Program-made: the position numbers and the translations under genes
Shown here: positions 58,401-64,000 of the stretch, one piece after another
Layout: every line of letters starts with the position of its first letter
Position numbering within the stretch: the first letter of the stretch is position 1
Source of the DNA: the human T2T-CHM13v2.0 reference genome, Homo sapiens
Assembly: GCF_009914755.1 (NCBI RefSeq)
Contig: NC_060943.1
Direction: 5' to 3' (one strand)
DNA length: 64,000 bases
The notes under the pieces: model-generated
What the model was told of the DNA's origin: nothing
Seen by the model: only the letters and a program-made list of their open reading frames with translations
The model's database searches: none

Positions 58401-61229
58401 TTGATTCAGCAGGTTTTAAACACTCTTTTGGTAGCATCTGCATAGAGACGTATCACAGCCCATCGAGGCCTATGGTGAACAAATGGATATCACCAGATAA
58501 AAACTAGAAGGAAGCTATTTCTGAGACCGCATTGTGATCTGTGCATTTATCTCACAGAGTTAAATCTTTCTATTGATTCAGCAGGATGCAAACACTCTTT
58601 TTGTAGAATCTGCAAAGGGACAGTTGGGAGCCCATTTAAGCCTATGGTGAAAAATTGAATATCCCCAGATAAAAACTAGAAATAACCAATCAGCGAAACT
58701 GCTTTTTTGTTGTGTGGATGTATCTCACAGACTTAAAAATTTCCTTTGATTTTGCAGGTTTGAAACATACCTTTTGCAGAATCTGTGGAGGGACATTTTG
58801 GAACCCCTTAAGGCCTGTCGTGAAAAAGAAAATATTCCGAGATGAAAACTAGAAAGAAGCTATCTGTGAAGTGCTCTGTGACGTATGGAGTCATTGCACA
58901 GAGCTATACCCTTCTATTGATACAGCAAGATGGAAACAATCTTTACATAGAATCTGCGAAGGAACATTTATAAGCCCTTAGAGGACTATGGTGAAAAACA
59001 GAATATCCCCACATAAAAACTATCAAGAAGCTATCTGTGAAACTGCATTGTTAAGTGTGGAATCAGCTCAAAGGCTTAAAACTTTCTTTTGAATCAGCAA
59101 GTTGCAGACACTCTTTTGCTGGAATCTGCGAAGGGACATTTGTAAGCCCATTGTAGCACACTGTGAGAAATGGAATATTCAAAGATAAAAACTAGAAAGA
59201 AGCTTTTAGTGAAACTACTTCATGATGTGTGGATTCTACTCACAGAGTTAAACTTTTTATTGTTTCAGCAGGTTGGAAACACTCTTTTGGTAAAATTGGG
59301 AAAGGCACATGTTGGAGCCCATTGAGACCTATTGTGAAAAACTGAATATTCCCAGATACAAACTACAAAGAAGCTATCTGTGAAACTGCTCTATGATGTG
59401 TGGATTCATCTCACAGAGTTAAACCTTTCTTTTGATTCAGCAGGTTGGAAACACTTTTTTGGCAGAATCTGCAAAGGGAGATTTGGATCTTTTTGCAGCC
59501 TATGGTGAAAAACAGAATACCCAGAGTTTAAAAACTGCAAAGTAGCTCTCTGTGAAACTGCTTTGTGATGTGTGGATTCATCACACAGAGATAAGCCTTT
59601 CCTTTGATTTGGCAGGTTGGAAACCCTTGTTTTCTAACCTGATAATGAATATTTTGAAGCTTGTTGAGGCCTATGGTGAAAAAAAAAATCCCTAGTTAAA
59701 AACTAGAAGGAAGCTACCAGTGAAACTGCTTTGTGATGTGTGGATTCACCACTGAGAGTTAAATCTTTCTTTTCATCCAGAAAATTGGAAATATTCTTTA
59801 GATAGAATATGCACAGGGACATTTGGGAGACCATAGAGGCTAATGGTGAAAAACAGAATATCCTCAGATAAAAACTAGAAAGAAGGTGTCTGTGAAACTG
59901 TTTTGTGATGTGTGGATTCACCTCACAGAATTAAACGTTGTTTTGATTCAACAGGTGTGAGACCCTCTTTTCATAGGATCTGTGAAGGGACATTTGGAAG
60001 CCCATTGAGGTTTATGGTGAAAAACCGAATATTTCTAGATAAATACTAGAAATAACCTAGCTGTGAAACTGCCTTGTGATGTGTGCATTCATTTCACAGA
60101 TTTAAACAATCCTTTTGATTCTGTAAATTGGAAACACTCTTATGGTAGAATCTTTCAAGGGACATTTCGGAGCCCTTAGATGCCTATGTAAAAAACCAAG
60201 TATACCCAGATAAAAACTAGAAAGAAGCTATCTGTGAAACAGCTTTGTAATGTTTGGATTCAAATCACAAGCTTAAACCTTTCTTTTGATTCAGCGGGTT
60301 ACAAACACCATTTAATAGAATCTGCGAGGGTAGATTTGGGAACCATTTCAGGAATGTAGTGAAAAACTGAATACACCCAGATACAAACCAGAAAGAAACT
60401 ATTTGTGAAACTGCTTTTTTTTTTTGTGGATTCTCCTCACAGAGATAAACATTTCCTTTGATTCAGCAGGTTGGAAACACTCATTTTGTAGAATCTGAAT
60501 GGGGCATTTTGAAGCCCTTTGAGGACTATGGTAAAAAAAAAATAAAAACACAATATCCTCAGATAAAAACTATGAAGAAGCTATCTGTGAGCTTTTTTGT
60601 GATGTGTGGATTCATCTCACAGAGGTAAAAGTTTCTTTTGATACAGCATGTTGGAAACACTGTTTTCATAGAATCTTCAAAGTGAAATTTAGGAGCTTTT
60701 TGTGGAGTATGGAGAAAAACTGAATGTTCACACATGAAAACTGGAAAGAAGCTATCTGTGAAACAGCTTTGTGATCTGTGGAATCATCTCACAGAGCTAA
60801 ACCTGTCTATTGAATCAGCAAGTTGCATACACTCTTTTTGTAGAATCTGCGAATAAACTTTTGGGAGACCATTGAGCCTATGGTGAAAAACTGAATATCC
60901 CCAGAAAGCACTAGAAAAAAGTGATCTGTGAAACTGCTTTGAGTTGTGTGGATTCCTTTCACAGTGTCATACCTTTCTTTTGATTTAACAAGTTGGAAAT
61001 ACTATGTTGTTAGAATCTGTGAAGGGACATTTGGGAGCCCATGGGGTCCTATGGTGAAAAACCAAATATCCCCAGATAAAAACCAGAAAGAAGCTATCTT
61101 TGAAACTGCTTTGTGATGTGTGGATCATCTGAAAGACTTAAACCTTTCTTTTGACTCAGCATGTTGGAAATACTCTTTGGCTACAATCTGCAAAAGGAGA
61201 TTTGTGAGCCCACTGTACTCTATGGCAAA

Positions 61230-61269
<40 letters not shown>

Positions 61270-62140
61270 CAGTGAGTCTGCTTTGTGATGCATGGATTCC
61301 TCTCCCAAATTTAAACATTTGTTTAGATTCAGAAAGTTGGAAACACCTTTTTGTAGAACCTGCAAACGGAAATTTGTGAGACCATTGAGGCCTATAATGC
61401 AAAACAGAAAATCTCCAGATAAAAACTAGAAGAGAGCTCTTTGTGAAACCTTTTGGGGTGTGTTTATTCATTTGACAGAATTAAACCTTTCTGTCAATAT
61501 AGCATGTTTGAAACATTTTTTGGATAGAATCTGTGAAGGTTACATTTAAGAGCCCATAGAGACCTATGGTGGAAAACAGAATATCCCTGGAAAAAAAGTA
61601 GAAAAAAGCTAAATATATAACTGCTTTGAGATGTATGCATTCATCAAACAGAGTTAAACCTTTCTTTTGACACAGTAGGTGTGAAACACTTTATAGTTAG
61701 ATCTGTGAAGGGACATTTAAGAGCCCACAGATGCCTATGGTGAAAAACTAAATAACTCCAGATGAAAACTAGAAAGAAACTATCTGTTTAACTTATTTGT
61801 ATTGTTTGGATTTACCTCACCAAGATAAATATTTCTATTGATTCAGCAAGTTGGAATCACTCTTTTAGTAGAATCTGCCAAGGGACATTTGGGATCCCTT
61901 AGAGGCCTAATGTGAAAAACTTAATATAACTTGATAAAAACTAGAAAGAATCAATCTGTAAAACTTTATTGTAAAGTGTCATTTCATGTCACATAGTTAA
62001 ACAGTTATTTTGATTCTTCAGGTTGGAAACACTCGTTTTGTACATTCTGTGAAGAGACATTTTGGAGCCCATTGAGTCCTAAGGTGAAAAACCCAATATT
62101 TCCAGATAAAAACCAGAAGGAAGCTACTATGAAACTGCTT
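52466..62140 (+). repeat. Alpha satellite, class B (rearranged relic HOR copies)
   Basis: The marker aacttatttgta recurs at ~52511, ~57501 and ~61790 (29 and 25 monomers apart). Confidence 0.95.
61233..61266 (+). repeat. (TG)17 microsatellite
   Basis: Pure TG run of 34 bp, read directly. Confidence 0.97.
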
Positions 62141-64000
62141 TGTGTTCTGTGCATTCTTCTCACAGAGTTAAATTTTTCTTTTGATTCAGCAGTATGGACA
62201 CACTCTTTTTGTAGAATCTACAAACTGATACAGGGGAGCACATTGAGGCCTGTAGTGAAAAAGGACATATCTTCAGAGAAAAACTAGAAAGAATCTTTCT
62301 GAGAAACTGTTTTGTGATGTGTGCATTCATCTCACAGAGTTAAGCCTTTCCTTTGATTGAGCAGTTTGAAAGCATTATTTCAGTAGAATCTGTGAAGGGA
62401 TATTTGGGAGCACGTTGGGGGCTATGGTGAAAAAGGAAATATACTCAGAGCAAAACGAGAAATAAGTTTTCTGAGAAACTACTTTGTCATGAGTACTTTC
62501 ATCTCACAGAGTTAACACTTTCTTTTGATTGATAAGTTTGGTAACAGTGTGTTTTGTAGAATCTGAGAAGGGATATTTGGGAGGGCTTTGAGGCCTATGG
62601 TAAAAATGAAATATCTTCAGATAAAAACTATGAAGAAGCTTTCTGGGTAACTGCTTTGTGATTTGTGCATTCATCTCACAGAGTTAAACATATCTTCTGA
62701 TTGAGCAGTTTTGAAACACTGTTTTTGTAGAATCTGTGAAAGGATATTTAGGAGCCCTTTGATGGTGAAAAAGGAAATATCTTCAGAAAAAAACAAAAAG
62801 AAGCTTTCTGAGAAACTGCTTTGTGATGAGTGCATTTATCTCACAGAATTTAACCTTTCTCTTGGTTGAGCAGTTTGGAAACACTGTTTTTATAGAATCT
62901 GCAAAGAGATATTTGGGAGCTCACTGAAACCTATGGTGAAAAAGGAAATATCTACAGAAAAATACTAGAAATAAGCTTTCTCAGAAATAACTTTGGAATG
63001 TGTGCATTCTTCTCACAGAACTAAAGCTTTCTTTTTACAAAGCCATTTGGAAACACTGTTTTTGAAGAATCTGCAAAAGGATATTTGGGAGCGCTTTGAG
63101 GCCTATGGTGAAAAAGGAAATATCTCCAGATAAAAACGAGAAAGAAGCTTTCTCAGAAACTGCTTTCTGGTGTGTGCATTCTTCTCACAGACTTAAAATT
63201 TTATTTTGATTGAGCTGTGTGGACACACACTTTTTGTAGAATCTATGAAGGGATACGTGGGAGTGCTTTGAGCCCTAACATGAAAAAGGAAATATATTCA
63301 GAGAAAAACTAGAAAGAAGCTTTCTGAGAAATGGCTTTGTGATATGTGCATTCATCTCATGGAGTTAAACGTTTCTTTTGAATGAGAGGTTTGGAAATAA
63401 TGTTTTGGTAGAATCTGTGAAGGGATATTTGGGAGCGCTTTGAGGACTATGGTGAATAAGGAAATATCTTCAGAAAAAAAAAGAAGCTTTCTGAGAAACT
63501 GCTTTGTGGTGAGTGCATTCATCTCACAGAATTAAACCTTTCTATTGATCAAGCAGTTTGGAAACAATGTTTTTATAGAATCTGCAAAGGGATATTTGGG
63601 AGTGCATTGAAGTCTATGGTGAAAAAGGAAATATCCCCAGAAAAATACTAGAAAGAAGCTTTCTCTGAAATCCTTTTGTGATGTGTACATTCTTCTCACA
63701 GAATTAAACCTTTCTTTCGATTGAGCAGTTTGGAAACACTGTTCTTGTAGAAAGTTCAAAGAGATATTTGGGAGTGCATTGAGGCCTATGGTGAAAAAGG
63801 AAATATCTTCAGATTAAAAACTGGAAAGAAGACTTCTAGAAATTGCTTTGTGGAGGGTGCATTGTTCTTACAGAGTTAAACCTTCATTTTGATTGAGCAG
63901 TTGGGACACAGAGCTTTTGTAGAAACTATGAAGGGATATTTGGGAATGCACTGAGCCCTAGGGTGAAGAAGGAAATATATTCAGAGTAAAACTAGGAAGA
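62141..64000 (+). repeat. Alpha satellite, class A (third block)
   Basis: Class A consensus resumes and continues past the window end. Confidence 0.94.

Noticed and set aside
61156-61471. HTHTHT / VCVCVC low-complexity ORFs
   Set aside because: They are translations of the (TG)17 microsatellite.

Overview
This window is primate (hominoid, probably human) pericentromeric DNA, not microbial. About 87% is one head-to-tail array of diverged alpha satellite with a 172-bp monomer, all in one orientation, with no CENP-B boxes seen, so it looks like an old, inactive centromeric layer. Three 5'-truncated, 5'-inverted (twin-primed) L1PA3-L1PA5-like LINE-1 insertions interrupt it (about 9.3-10.0, 11.3-14.9 and 26.7-30.7 kb). 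There are no intact protein-coding or RNA genes: the ORF-track hits are chance satellite ORFs or decayed L1 ORF2 fragments. I found no new gene system. The main hidden structure is in the satellite. Two monomer classes (my labels: A and B) alternate in blocks, joined mostly in register. Both carry fossil higher-order repeats: a reconstructable ~34-monomer unit in class B and a ~12-13-monomer unit in class A, both broken up by whole-monomer deletions and duplications. All alignments, counts and subfamily calls were made by eye and need computational confirmation.
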